Shown: piece by piece, positions 36,914-48,970 of the stretch
How positions within the stretch are numbered: the stretch's first letter is position 1
Layout: each line of letters begins with the position of its first letter
Origin: Mobula hypostoma
Lineage: Eukaryota
Direction of reading: 5' to 3'
Length of the DNA stretch: 64,000 nt
Assembly (NCBI RefSeq): GCF_963921235.1
Contig: NC_086107.1
Location: 94,552,001-94,616,000 of the forward strand
Translations under genes and position numbers: made by a program
Notes under the pieces: generated by a model
What the model was told of the DNA's origin: nothing
The model's database searches: none
Seen by the model: the letters and a program-made list of their open reading frames with translations, nothing else

Positions 36914-38999
36914 ACAATAGACAATAGACAATAGGTGCAGGAGTAGGCCATTCGGCCCCTCGAGTTAGCACTGCCATTCACTGTGATCATGGCTGATCAT
37001 CCACAATCAGTATCCAGTTCCTGCCTTATCCCCATAACCTTTGATTCCGCTATCTTTAAGAGCTCTATCCATCTCTTTCTTGAAAACATCCAGAGACTTG
37101 GCCTCCACAGCCTTCTGGGGCAGAGCATTCCATATATCCACCACTCTCTGGGTGAAAAAGTTTTTCCTCAACTCCGTTCTAAATGGCCTACCCCTTATTC
37201 TTAAACTGTGGCCTCTGGTTCTGGACTCACCCATCAGCTGGAACATGCTTCCTGGCTCCAGCGTGTTCAATCCCTTAATAGTCTTATATGTTTCAATAAG
37301 ATCCCCTCTCAGCCTTCTAAATTCCAGTGTATACAAGCCCAGTCGCTCCAATCTTTCAACATATGACAGTCCCCCCATCCCGGGAATTAACCTTGTGAAC
37401 CTACGCTGCACTCCCTCAATAGCAAGAATGTTGTTCCTCAAATTTGGAGACCAAAACTGCACACAGTACTCCAGGTGTGGTCTCACCAGGGCCCTGTACA
37501 GCTGCAGAAGGACCTCTTTGCTCCTATACTCAATTTCCCTTGTTATGAAGGCCAGCATGCCATTAGCTTTCTTCACTGCTGCTGTACCTGCATGCTTACT
37601 TTCAGTGACTGATGTACGAGAACACCTAGATCATGTTGTACTTCCCCTTTTCCTAACTTGACTCCATTTAGATAATAATCTGCCTTCCTGTTCTTACCAC
37701 CAAAGTGGATAACTTCACATTTATCCACATTAAGCTGCATCTGCCATGCATCCGCCCACTCACCCAGCCTGTTCAAGTCACCCTGCATTCTCATAACATC
37801 CTCCTCACATTTCACACTGCCACCCAGCTTTGTGTCATCTGCAAATTTGCTAATGTTACTTTTAATCCCTTCATCTAAATCATTAATGTATATTGTAAAC
37901 AGCTGCGGTCCCAGCACCGAACCCTGCGGTACCCCACTGGTCACCGCCTGCCATTCCAAAAGGGACCCGTTAATCGCTACTCTTTGTTTCCTGTCAGCCA
38001 GCCAATTTTCAATCCATGTCAGTACTCTGGCCCGAATACCACGTGCCCTAATTTTGCCCACTAATCTCCTATGTGGGACTTTATCAAAGGCTTTCTGAAA
38101 GTCCAGGTACACTACATACACTGGCTCTCCCTTGTTCATTTTCATAGTTACAACCTCAAAAAATTCAGAAAGATTAGTCAAGCACGATTTCCCCTTCATA
38201 AATCCATGCTGACTCGGACCTATCCTGTTCCTGCCATCCAAATGTGTCGTAATTTCATCTTTTATAATTGACTTCAACATCTTTCCCACCACTGACGTTA
38301 GGCTAACCGGTCTATAATTCACTGTTTTCTCTCTCTCTCCTTTCGTGAAAAGTGGGACAACATTAGCCACCCTCCAATCCATAGGAACTGATCCTGAATC
38401 TATAGAACATTGGAAAATGATTACCAATGCATCCACGATTTCTAAAGCCACCTCCGTAAGTACCCTGGTGTGCAGACCATCAGGTCCCGGGGACTTATCA
38501 GCCTTCAGACCCAACAGTCTATCCAACACCATTTCCCGCCTAATATAAATTTCCTTCAGTTCATCCATTACCCTAGGTCCTTTGGCCACTATTATATCTG
38601 GGAGATTGTTGTGTCTTCCCTAGTGAAGACAGATCCAAAGTACCTGTTCAACTCGTCTGCCATTTCCTTGTTCCCCATAATAAGTTCACCCTTTTCTGTC
38701 TTCAAGGGCCCAATTTTGGTCTTAACTATTTTTTTCCTTTTCACATATCTAAAGAAGCTTTTACTATCCTTCTTTATATTCTTGGCTAGTTTACCTTCGT
38801 ACCTCATTTTTTCTCCACTTATTACCTTTTTAGTTATCTTCTGTTGCTCTTTAAAAGTTTTCCAGTCCTCCAGCTTCCCACTCATCTTTGCTATGTTATA
38901 CTTCTTCTCTTTTATCTTTATACTGTCCTTTACTTCCCTTGTCAGCCACGGCCTCCCCTTACTCCCCTTAGGATCTTTCTTCCTCTTTGGAATGAACTT
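36914..38999 (-). mobile_element. 5'-truncated CR1 of a different subfamily, inserted antisense in the outer CR1
   Basis: ORFs 37573-38589 (FADD) and 37007-37576; (ctattgt)n tail at 36914-36934. The outer frame KWIQQWL|DGRRQR rejoins on removal. Confidence 0.95.
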
Positions 39000-39268
39000 T
39001 GGATGGGAGACGCCAGAGAGTAGTGGTGGATAACTGTTTGTCAGATTGGAGGCTGGTGACTAGTGGTGTGCCTCAGGGATCTGTACTGGGTCCAATGTTG
39101 TTTGTCATATACATTAATGATCTGGATGATGGGGTGGTAAATTGGATGAGTAAGTATGCAGATGATACTAAGATAGGTGGAATTGTGGATAATGAAGTAG
39201 GTTTTCAAAGCTTGCAGAGAGATTTAGACCAGTTAGAAGAGTGGGCTGAAAGATAGGTGCTACATTTT

Positions 39269-39597
39269 AAAACCGCAAACAACAGGAATTCTGCAGATGC
39301 TGGAAATTCAAGCAACACACATAAAAGTTGCTGGTGAGCGCAGCAGGCCAGGCAGCATCTCTAGGAAGAGGTGCAGTCGACGTTTCTCTCTCCTCTCGTA
39401 TCCCTTTTGCCTATCACCTGTTCAGCTCTTGGCTCCATCCCTCCCCCTCCTGTCTTCTATCATTTTGGATCTCCCCCTCCCCCTCCAACTTTCAAATCCC
39501 TTACTCCTTCAGTTAGTCCTGACGAAGGGTCTCGACCTGAAACCTCTTCCTAGAGATGCTGCCTGGCCTGCTGCGTTCACCAGCAACTTTTATGTGT
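39269..39597. mobile_element. Fold-back PLE terminal-repeat insertion in CR1
   Basis: Flanked by ggtgctacatttt (39256-39268) and ggtgcttcatttt (39598-39610). Internal inverted arms at about 39317-39371 and 39543-39597. Confidence 0.85.
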
Positions 39598-40439
39598 GGT
39601 GCTTCATTTTGGTAGGACTAATCAAAATAGGACATACGTGGTAAATGGTGGGACATTGAAGAATGCAGTAGAACAGAGGGATCTGGGAATAATGGTGCAT
39701 AGTTCCCTGAAGGTGGAATCTCATGTGGATAGGCTGGTGAAGAAAGCTTTTGGTATGCTGGCCTTTATAAATCAGAGCATTGAGTATACGAGTTGGGATG
39801 TAATGTTGAAATTGTACAAGGCATTGGTGAGGCCAAATCTGGAGTATTGTGTACAGTTTTGGTCACCAAATTATAGGAAAGATGTCAACAAAATAGAGAG
39901 AGTACAGAGAAGATTTACTAGAATGTTGCCTGGGTTTCATCTCCTAAGTTACAGAGAAAAGTTGAACAAGTTGGGTCTTTATCCTTTGGAACGTAGAAGG
40001 TTGAGGGGGGACTTGATAGAGGTATTTAAAATTATAAGGGGGATAGATAGAGTTGACGTGGATAGGCTTTTTCCATTGAGAGTGGGGAAGATTCAAACAA
40101 GAGGACATGAGTTGAAAGTTAAAGGGCAAAAGTTTAGGGGCAACATGAGGGGGAGCTTCTTTACTCAGAGAGTGGTAGCTGTGTGGAACGAGCTTCCAGC
40201 AGAAGTAGTTGAGGCAGGTTCGATGTTGTCGTTTAAAGTTAAATTGGACAGCTGTATGGACAGGAAAGGAATGGAGGGTTATGGGCTAAGTGCGGGGCGG
40301 TGGGACTAGGTGAGAGTAAGAGTTCGGCATGGACTAGAAGGGCCGAGATAGCCTGTTTCCGTGCTGTAATTGTTATGTGGTTATATGGTTATATATAACG
40401 ACAGACAAACAACCAATGAGCAAAACTAGACAAACTGGG

Positions 40440-42050
40440 CACGTAAAAAAATACAAGTTCAAGTTTATTGTTATTCAACTTTGTACATTTATGCCGCCAA
40501 ATGAAACAAAGTTCCGCTGGACCAAGGTGCTCAACACAGTACTCACACACAACACATAAAGTAATATTACCACAGATAAATAAAATATATTCCAGAAGAC
40601 TGACGTTTAGCCTAAGGTGCACTTATGACACAAGTTAAAAAGTAAACAGTATAGTGCTACGTGAGACCTGGGTGGGGGCAGGGAGTTTAGTAGTCTCAAG
40701 GACTGGGAGAAGAAGCTGTTTCCTACCTTGACAGTCCTTGTCCTAATAGTGTGATGCCTCCTGCCTGATGGAAGGGGGTCTAAGAGATTGTGGGGTGGAT
40801 GGGAGGAATCATTGATCACGCTCAGGGCCCTGCGTACGCAGCACTCCTGATAAATATCTCAGATTGGTGGAAGAGAGACTCTGATGATCCCCTCAGCAAT
40901 CCTTTGTAGGGCCTTGTGGTCAGATGCCTTGCTATTGCCATACCAGACAGTGGTGCCACTGGCCAGGACACTCTCAATGGTAGTCCTGTAAAAATTGGTT
41001 AGAATGAGGGGTCGGGGAGCCTCACTCACCCCAGCTTCCTTGGGAAGTGGACACACTGCTGTGCTTTCTTGACTGAAATGTTCAAAGTAAATTTATTAAC
41101 AAAATATGCTACATACTGTATATGTCACCAATCATAACCCTGAGATTTTAGTAAAGAGGACCGGCTGAGATTACATGTGATGTGCACTCCCACAAACTTG
41201 GTGCTCCTAGCTCCTGACTCTCTCCACAGAGGAACCATTTACGTGCAGTGAGGAGCATCAGCCCGCACTTTCTTCAAGTCCACAATCATCTCTTTGGTTC
41301 TGTCCTCGTTGAGACTCAAGTTGCAAGCTTGAGGCTGATAACATGACTTGTAAAGAGTCTTTGAAAATGAATCTATAGGTCACAGAGTCAGTTCGCAGTC
41401 ATAGTGAGTGAAGTGATCCATGCTGGTTCAGGAGCCTGATAGTTGTAGGGTGATTTTTGAACCTGGTGATGTGGGATTTAAGGCTTCTGAATCTCCTGCC
41501 GGATGGTAGTAGTGAGAAGAGAACATGGCCTGGATCGTAGAGGTCTTTAATGATGGATGCTGCTTTCTTGTGGAGGTGCTCCATTCAGATGTGTTCAATG
41601 GTGGTGGTGGTAGGGGGTGGGGAGCTTTGCCTGTGATGGACTGGGCTGTATCCATCACTTTCTATAGCCTTTTACATTCCAGGGCATTGGTGTTTCCAAA
41701 TCAGACTGCAATGCAACCAGTCAAGATACTCTCCACTGTGCCTCTTTAGAAGTTTATCGATGTTTCTGGTGACATGCAAAGCTACACAAACTTCTAAGAA
41801 AGTAGAGACACAGTTGTGCCTTCTTTTTGCTGACAGTTATGAGCTGGTCCCAGGACAGATGCTCTGATTTGTTAACACCAAGGAATTTAAAGTCACTGAC
41901 CCTCTGCACCTCCATTTCCCTGATGAGGACTGGCTGATGGATCTCCAGCTTCATCCTCCTGCACTGTCAATAAAGTTTTATTTTGTTTTTGCTGATGTTG
42001 TGAAAAGCTGTTGTTGTAACAACACACAGGCAGGTTTTCAGTCTCCCTCC
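40440..42050 (-). mobile_element. Mosaic of Rex1/Babar-like 3' fragments
   Basis: NFYRTTIESVL, LPSGRR and VQRVSDFKFLGV motifs in several short minus-strand ORFs. Confidence 0.75.
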
Positions 42051-42243
42051 TCTACATAGATTTGCCACTGCCTTTGCTCTAATTGTGCATAATTTATGTT
42101 TAATTTTCATTTTCCTTGTGAACTCTGTGCCTGTGATGCGGCTGCAAGGAAGTTTTTCATTGCACCTGTGTGCACGTGGACTTGTGCAGATGCCAAATTA
42201 ACTTGACTTTGACTAAGATGAGCCAGCTTCAGACTCTTCAGTG

Positions 42244-42278
42244 AGTCCTGATGAAGGTTTTGACTTGAAACGTCGACT
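42244..42278 (+). ncRNA. Minimal type I hammerhead ribozyme motif, core intact (PLE-associated)
   Basis: agtc-CTGATGA-aggt(tttg)actt-GAAAC-GTC-gact. Stem I agtc/gact, 4-bp stem II, palindromic ACGT in place of a stem III loop, GUC cleavage triplet. Confidence 0.75.
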
Positions 42279-42439
42279 GTTTATTCCTCTCCATAGATGC
42301 TGCCTGACCTGCTGGGTTCCTCCAGCATTTTCTGTTTGTATTGCTCTGGATTTCCAGCATCTGCAGAATCTCTTGTGTTTATGTTCATACAGAGTTGTAG
42401 TATAGGAATTATCTTTTCATCTCCCTTTATTAACTTTCT

Positions 42440-42975
42440 AACATTCTGGAAATAATTGGCAAATTAAGTAATTACCAGAGGGAACTTTTGCACGAAACCA
42501 TTTACGGAGCCAACGGGTGAGCCGATAATTCCTCTCATCAATTTTTCTCTCTGCGACCTCCCTATTCAAATATAATCACAACACCCACCTGCAGGGAGGC
42601 AGATGGATCAATTCTTAAAGAGATAAGAGCGTTAAAGGAGCAATTATTCTCTGCAGATCATGTTATATGTGACTTGGATATTATATCCTTCTCCAATGAC
42701 AAAGGCAAAGGAAAATATTCTGTGTGTTTAAACTTGGCATAAAATGCTTGAGGCATCACACTCATTGTACTCTGAATATCCTCGGGCAATTTAAACGAGT
42801 AGTGATTGGGATTTAATGACTCACTCCTTCATACTCATCCTCTCACCTCCTCACCAGCAGCAGATTATGTTGAGTGCTCAACTAATTAATCACATGGAAA
42901 TTAGGTCTGAGAACAAATTTGACTTCACTTTCTGCCATTAACAAGCCGTTAATTGGATGGCCGCTCATAGGAAGA
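42440..42975. promoter_or_regulatory. Candidate conserved non-coding element or enhancer
   Basis: Repeat-free island with many TAAT/ATTA sites, catttacg, cataaa and TGACTCA; no ORF. Conservation is untested. Confidence 0.4.
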
Positions 42976-43075
42976 TTGTTCCTCAGTCGTGTACACAAGA
43001 GATTCTGCAGATGCTGGGAATCGAGAGCAACACAAATAGAATACTGGAGGAACTCAGCAGATCAGGCAGCATCAA

Positions 43076-43114
43076 CAGTCGACGTTTCAGGCAGAGACCA
43101 TTCATCAGGAGCTG
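43076..43114 (-). ncRNA. Minimal hammerhead motif, core intact but stems weakened
   Basis: Minus strand reads cagctc-CTGATGA-atggtctctgcct-GAAAC-GTC-gactg. Confidence 0.6.
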
Positions 43115-43231
43115 TAAACACAAACAAGAGAAAATCTGGAGACACTGGAAATCCGAGAAACACAAGCAAAATGCTGGAGGAACTCAGCAGGCCAGGCAGC
43201 ATCTGTGGAAAAGAGTACGGGCCGAGACCCC

Positions 43232-43305
43232 TCATCAGGAGCTGTATGTTCATCATCTTCATCAGTATTCATCAGGAGCTGTATGTTCATCATCTTCATC
43301 AGTAT
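43232..43305 (+). repeat. Perfect 37-bp tandem duplication
   Basis: tcatcaggagctgtatgttcatcatcttcatcagtat occurs twice. Confidence 0.9.
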
Positions 43306-44214
43306 TCTCTCTTTGTTTCCAGCAGAAGCAGGACATTTTTGAGTTTCAAGTTGTAATGCCTCTAGCAAGTTAGGAGATCTCAGTATTGCCTTCACCGATT
43401 GTTAAGCAAAGGTTCTGTTTTGAAAATGTCCTCATTTTTGGATCCCTCCATTGCCTCATATTCTATTTATGTATCTATTCTCCTCCACTTAGACACAGTA
43501 TCAAACACTCCTTTGATCCACCATCTGTATTAACTGTCTGAAACCGTTTGCACTCATCTCTCACTGATCCCATTTGATCCCAACCACTTTCCCATCGACG
43601 TCTTCCAGATTCAACCACACATCTACCCTACCAATAATCCCACCAACCCCCATATCATTAGGATGTGGGACAGAACCGGAACACCTGAAGGAAACCAGGA
43701 GAACGTGCAAACTCCACAGAGGTAGCACCAAGCTACATGTGCCAGAGTACATTGGGTGTGTTTTTTTTATTAAGTACAATCGTGAATAATAGCCAGATCA
43801 GAAATGCTGATCAAGTCAACTAGATCCCAAAGAGAACTCTGATAGACTAGTCAGATGGTTCACTACTGCTCAGCGATAGAACACAAAAAAAATCGTATGT
43901 ACAATTAAGAAACATTAAAAAATAGTAGAAATACTGGAGTCATGGTGATCATGATGACGTCTGCTGGAGAGAGACAGTTATACACATGCTGTCCTCCATA
44001 ATTCAAAGAGATTGAAGGATAAGGTTGCAGGGTGACAAAACATGGCAGGAGCACTTGGAACTAAAAACTAATCCCTATTGGGAGAAAACAGCACTTGTTC
44101 TTTCCGCACTGTTCTCCAGCAGTTTAAGGACTAAGTCCAGCTGGAACATAACTCACAGGTGCTCTTGAAAGTCGGGTGTTAACCCTACCTACCAACAACC
44201 AAGCATTGCCATCC

Positions 44215-44405
44215 TGGTCCCCTTCATGATAGCTTATGAAGAAGCATGTGACTTCCCTCCCAGAGATGGTAGGTGTTTATGCACTCGACTCTTGAAGGCT
44301 TGGACCCCATCGTCGCAGATGTTTCCAACCACAGCATCTGGAAGGCTGTTCCAAATTCTGATAGCACAGTGAAGGAAGCTTCTATCCAGTGTGTAGGTTC
44401 TCGCA
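44215..44405 (-). mobile_element. 3' end of a distinct non-LTR retrotransposon (CR1/L2-like C-terminus)
   Basis: RSFLHCAIRIWNSLPDAVV..FKSRVHKHL in ORF 44234-44473. Confidence 0.6.
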
Positions 44406-44555
44406 TCAGTGGAGAGAGTCAGCAGCTTTAAATTCCTGGGTGTTAACATGTCAGATAATTTGCCATGGAACATAGAAAATAGAACATTCCAGCATATTAT
44501 AGGCCTGTCAACCCATAATATGCCAAAATTTCAAGCTACTCTAAGATCAATATAA

Positions 44556-44763
44556 CTTGTCCAATCCTGTTGACCATCGCTCTGTCCTAGAGAGTGATTG
44601 GACAAAAGCTTGTCCAATCCTGTTAGCACCAGTCAGTCCTATAGAGTGATTGGGCTTGTCCAATCCTGTTGAGTGTCAGTCTGTCCTATAGAGTGATTGG
44701 ACAAAAGCTTGTCCAATCCTGTTAGCACCAGTCAGTCCTACAGAGTGATTGGACAAAAGCTTG
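44556..44763. repeat. Palindromic minisatellite, four units of about 46-53 bp
   Basis: Units read cttgtccaatc-variable-gattggacaaaag; the second unit is truncated at its end. Confidence 0.9.
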
Positions 44764-46085
44764 ACAGAAAAGATTTTGTTGTGGAAAGTTTGAGGTCATA
44801 TAGTTTGGGTCTGTAAGAAACAAGTTGTAATATTTCTTCAATACTATGGACCAAGTATACAGTTTAGAAAAGCTAGTGAACAGATGCAAAATGGAATTAT
44901 CTTGGTATCTCATATTCTCGATATTTATTGCTTATTTATTTATTATTATTATTAGTTCTTTCTTTTTGTATTTGCACACCGGTTGAACGCCCATGTTGGT
45001 GCAGACTTTCATTGATTCTACTCTGGATTTATTGGGTATGCTGGCAAAATGAATCTCAGGGTTATACACGGTGACATAGATGTAGTTTGGTAATAAATTT
45101 ACTTCGAATTTTGAAATTGCATCAATGTGCCACCCAAAGGCATGCAAGTCAGTAATTTATGAGCGTGCTATGTTGGCGCCAGAAGAATGGCGACTGTGTT
45201 TTATAATCTTATACCTGGAGACTGTTCAGTATTAACCAGGGGAGTCTGCCCCCAGCTGGTTCCCCAGCCCTGACCCCAGACTCAGTTAATTCATCACTCA
45301 TGGCCTTGGCTTCAACCTGCCAAAACAGATTGACATGGAATGCCCTTGAACTTCTTCACCTCTCTCTATCTTTCTCTCTCTCTCTCTTTAAAGTGCTCCT
45401 TCGACCCTCAAGCCAAAGTTGATTTTGGCAGTATGGTAATGTAGCAGTTATCGTAAAGCTTTACAGCGCTAGCGATCTCCGATTGGGGTTTGATTTCTGT
45501 CTGTAAAGAGTTTGTACGTTCTCTGCTTAAGGGAAGTAGCTCTTCATCTGTTCTTGAAACTGGTGGTGTGGGACTTGACTTTTATACCTCCTGCCCAGTG
45601 GTAACTATGAGAAGATGGCACAACCAGAGGAGAGGGTCGGGCCGATTTTGCGCTGAGGTTGTGAGACTGCCTTGGCTGCTATCCCTTGAGCTTTGCGGCA
45701 ACCTTCCCCGCCAATATTGTGAACTGAACATCAAGACTTTGAGCTTACTCTGGGCTGCTCTGGGAATTTGGATCCAAGGACTCAATATGATTTGGAATGC
45801 TATTGCTTATTTCTATTATCTGCATTTGTGTGTTTTTCCTTCGTGCATAGGGGGTCGGTCTTCCTTTTTTTTTCAAAATTTGATTCTTTCGGGTTTCTTG
45901 ATTTGAGGCTGCCTGTAAGCAGACAAATCTCAAGGTTGCATACTTTGATAATAAATGTACTTACTTCGATGTACTCGTGTTAATTTTGGATAATAATAAT
46001 AAAAAGATTTGAAAAGAAAGAACAAATGTACTTTGAATCTTTGCCCCAGACAGTGGGGAATCTTTGTTGATGGACGTTGCCTCTT

Positions 46086-47633
46086 ATAGTCATAGTCATA
46101 CTTTATTGATCCCGGGGGAAATTGGTTTTCGCTGCAGTTGCACCATAAATAATTAAATAGTAATAAAACCATAAATAATTAAATAGTAATATGTAAATTA
46201 TGCTAGGAAATAAGTCATAGGACCAGCCTATTGACTCAGGGTGTTTGACCCTCCAAGGGAGGAGTTGTAAAGTTTGATGGCCACAGGCAGGAATGACTTC
46301 CTATGACGCTCTGTGTTGCATCTCGGTGGAATGAGTCTCTGGCTGAATGTACTCCTGTGCCCAACCAGTACATTATGTAGTGGATGGGAGACATTGTCCA
46401 AGAAGGCATGCAACTTGGACAGCATCCTCTTTTCAGACACCACCGTCAGAGAGTCCAGTTCCATCCCCACAACTTCACTGGCCTTACGAATGAGTTTGTT
46501 GATTCTGTTGGTGTCTGCTACCCTCAGCCTGCTGCCCCAGCACACAACAGCAAATATGATCGCACTGGCCACCACAGACTCGTAGAACATCCTCAGCATC
46601 GTCCGGCAGATGTTAAAGGACATCAGTCTCCTCAGGAAATAGAGACAGTTTTGACCCTTCTTGTAGACAGCCTCAGTGTTCTTTGACCAGTCCAGTTTAT
46701 TGTCAATTCATATCCCCAGGTATTTGTAATCCTCCACCATGTCCACACTGACCCCCTGGATGGAAACCGGGGTCACCAGTACGTTAGCTCTCCTCAGGTC
46801 TACCACCAGCTCCTTAGTCTTTTTCACATTAAGCTGCAGATAATTCTGCTCACACCATGTGACAAAGTTTCCTACCGTAGCCCTGTACTCAACCTCATCT
46901 CCCTTGCTGATGCATCCAACTATGGCAGAGTCATCAGAAAACTTCTGAAGATGACAAGACTCCGTGCAGTAGTTGAAGTCCGAGGTGTAAATAGTGAAGA
47001 GAAAGGGAGACAAGACAGTCCCCTGTGGAGCCTCAGTGCTGCTGATCACTCTGTCGGACACACAGTGTTGCAAGCACACGTACTGTGGTCTGCCAGTCAG
47101 GTAATCAAGAATCCATGACGCCAGGAAAGCATCCACCTGCATCGCTGTCAGCTTCTCCCCCAGCAGCGCAGGGCGGATGGTGTTGAACGCACTGGAGAAG
47201 TCAAAAAACATGACCCTCACAGTGCTCGCTGGCTTGTCCAGGTGGGTGTAGACACGGTTCAGCAGGTAGACGATGGCATCTTCAACTCCTAGTCGGAGCT
47301 AGTAGGCGAACTGGAGGGGATCTAAGTGTGGCCTGACCATAGGCCGGGGCAGCTCCAGAACAAGTCTCTCCAGGGTCCTCATGATGTGGGAGGTCAATGC
47401 CACCGGTCTGTAGTCATTGAGGCCGCTGGGACGCGGCGTCTTCGGCACAGGGATGAGGCAGGACGTCTTCCACAGCACAGGAACCCTCCGGAGCCTCAGG
47501 CTCAGGTTGAAGACATGGCGAAGTACTCCACATAGCTGAGGGGCACAGGCTTTGAGCACCCTGGTACTGACATCATCCGGTCCTGCAGCCTTGCTCGGGT
47601 TGAGACGTTTCAGTTGTCTTCTCACCTGCTCAG
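46086..47633 (-). mobile_element. Young 5'-truncated Rex1/Babar-like LINE
   Basis: KAAGPD, DYRPVALTS, FFDFSSAFNTI, APQGTVLSP and KFSDD motifs; aataaagtatgactatgactat tail; 5-bp TSD ctctt at 46081-46085 and 47634-47638. Confidence 0.9.
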
Positions 47634-48079
47634 CTCTTGAGGCAGTGCCTACCGTTGGTGGGGAGGGGGGCGAGCCGGTGATGCTTTGGGCTGAGTCCAC
47701 CATTCTCCACAGCTTCTTTGATCAAGCTTTTGGCCGCTTGCCCTGAGATCTCTTTGTGTGGCTCGACCTCAGGTGTTGTTTGGCAATGTTTTGTGAGGAC
47801 TCTTTGGCATTATAAAAGCAGCGAAAGTACAAAATTGTGTTGCTGGGGCTGCACTCCTGAGTGAGATTAACTTCAGGGCAACAAGGTAGTACGGTAAAAC
47901 CAGTGTGAAACTCGGAAGGAGGAGAAGACGAGGGAAAGTCTGAATCAGAATCAACTTTATTATCACTGACTTAATTTACATGAAACTTGTTGTTTTGCAG
48001 CAGCAGTAGAGTGCCAAGACAAAAGTTGCTATTAATTATTAAATTAAGTTGTGCAATAAAAGGAATAATGAGGTCTTAA

Positions 48080-48970
48080 ACATGAGATTCTGCAGATGTT
48101 GGAGATCCAGAGCAACACACACACACACAAAATGCTGGAGAACACTCAACATGTCTTTGGAGAGAAATAAACAGTTGACGTTTCGGGCCGAGACCCTTCA
48201 TCCGGACTGGAAAAGAAGTGGGAAGATGTGTTCACAAACAAGAGAGGATCTGCAGATGCTGGAAATTCAAGCAACACACACACACACACACACACAACGC
48301 TAGAGGAACTGACTAGACCAGGCAGCATCTATGGAAATAAGTACAGTTGACATTTTGGGATGAGACCATTTGGCAGGACAGGAGAAAAAATGATGAGGAG
48401 TAGAGTTAAAAGTTGGGGGGTAGGGGAAAGAGAAACACAAGGTAATGGGTGAAACCGGGAGGGGGAGGGATGAAGTAAATAGCTGGGAAGTTGATTGGTG
48501 AAAGAGATACAAGGCTGGAGAAGGGGGAATCTGATAGGTGGGGATAGAAGCCATAGAAGAAAGAAAAGGGAGGGGAGGAGCACTAGAGGGAGGCGATGGG
48601 CAAGCAAGGAGATAAGGTGAGAGAGGGAAAAGGGGATGAGGAATGATGAAGTGTGGGCATTACCGGAAGTTTGAGAAATTGATGTTCATGCCATCAGTTT
48701 GGAGGCTACCCAAACGGAATATAAGGTGTTGTTCCTTCAGCAAGAGTGTGGCCTCATCACAACAGTAGAGGAGGCCATGGATTGACATATCAGAATAGGA
48801 ATGGGAGGTGGAATTAAAACGGGTGGCCACTGGGAGATTCTACTTTTTCTGGCGGACGGAGCATAGATGCTTGGTGAGATGGTCTCCCAATCCACGTTAG
48901 CTCTCACCCATATACAGCAGGCCACACCGGGAGTACTGGACTCAGTATATGATCCTGACAGACTCACAGG
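48080..48970 (-). mobile_element. PLE fragment with tandem terminal repeats
   Basis: GIY-YIG remnant CGLLYMGES..LGDH, two terminal repeats, and a hammerhead motif at 48172-48209 with one core change (CGGATGA). Confidence 0.85.

Larger units (their letters stand above)
34516..40396 (+). mobile_element. Near full-length CR1 LINE: ORF1 SGNH esterase and ORF2 endonuclease/RT, with two nested insertions
   Basis: CLPGAKV..HVGTND (ORF1); AISETWL, GVYYRPP, GDFNFP, SDHN (AP endonuclease); KSPGPD, YMDFSKAFDKV, GVPQGSVLGP, YADD (RT); tandem ggttatat tail. Frameshifts make it non-functional. Confidence 0.95.

Noticed and set aside
37041..39033. Plus-strand ORFs of 187-206 aa
   Set aside because: They are antisense shadows of the inner CR1 ORF2.
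44556..44763. CRISPR array
   Set aside because: The spacers are related to each other, the context is vertebrate, and there are no cas genes.
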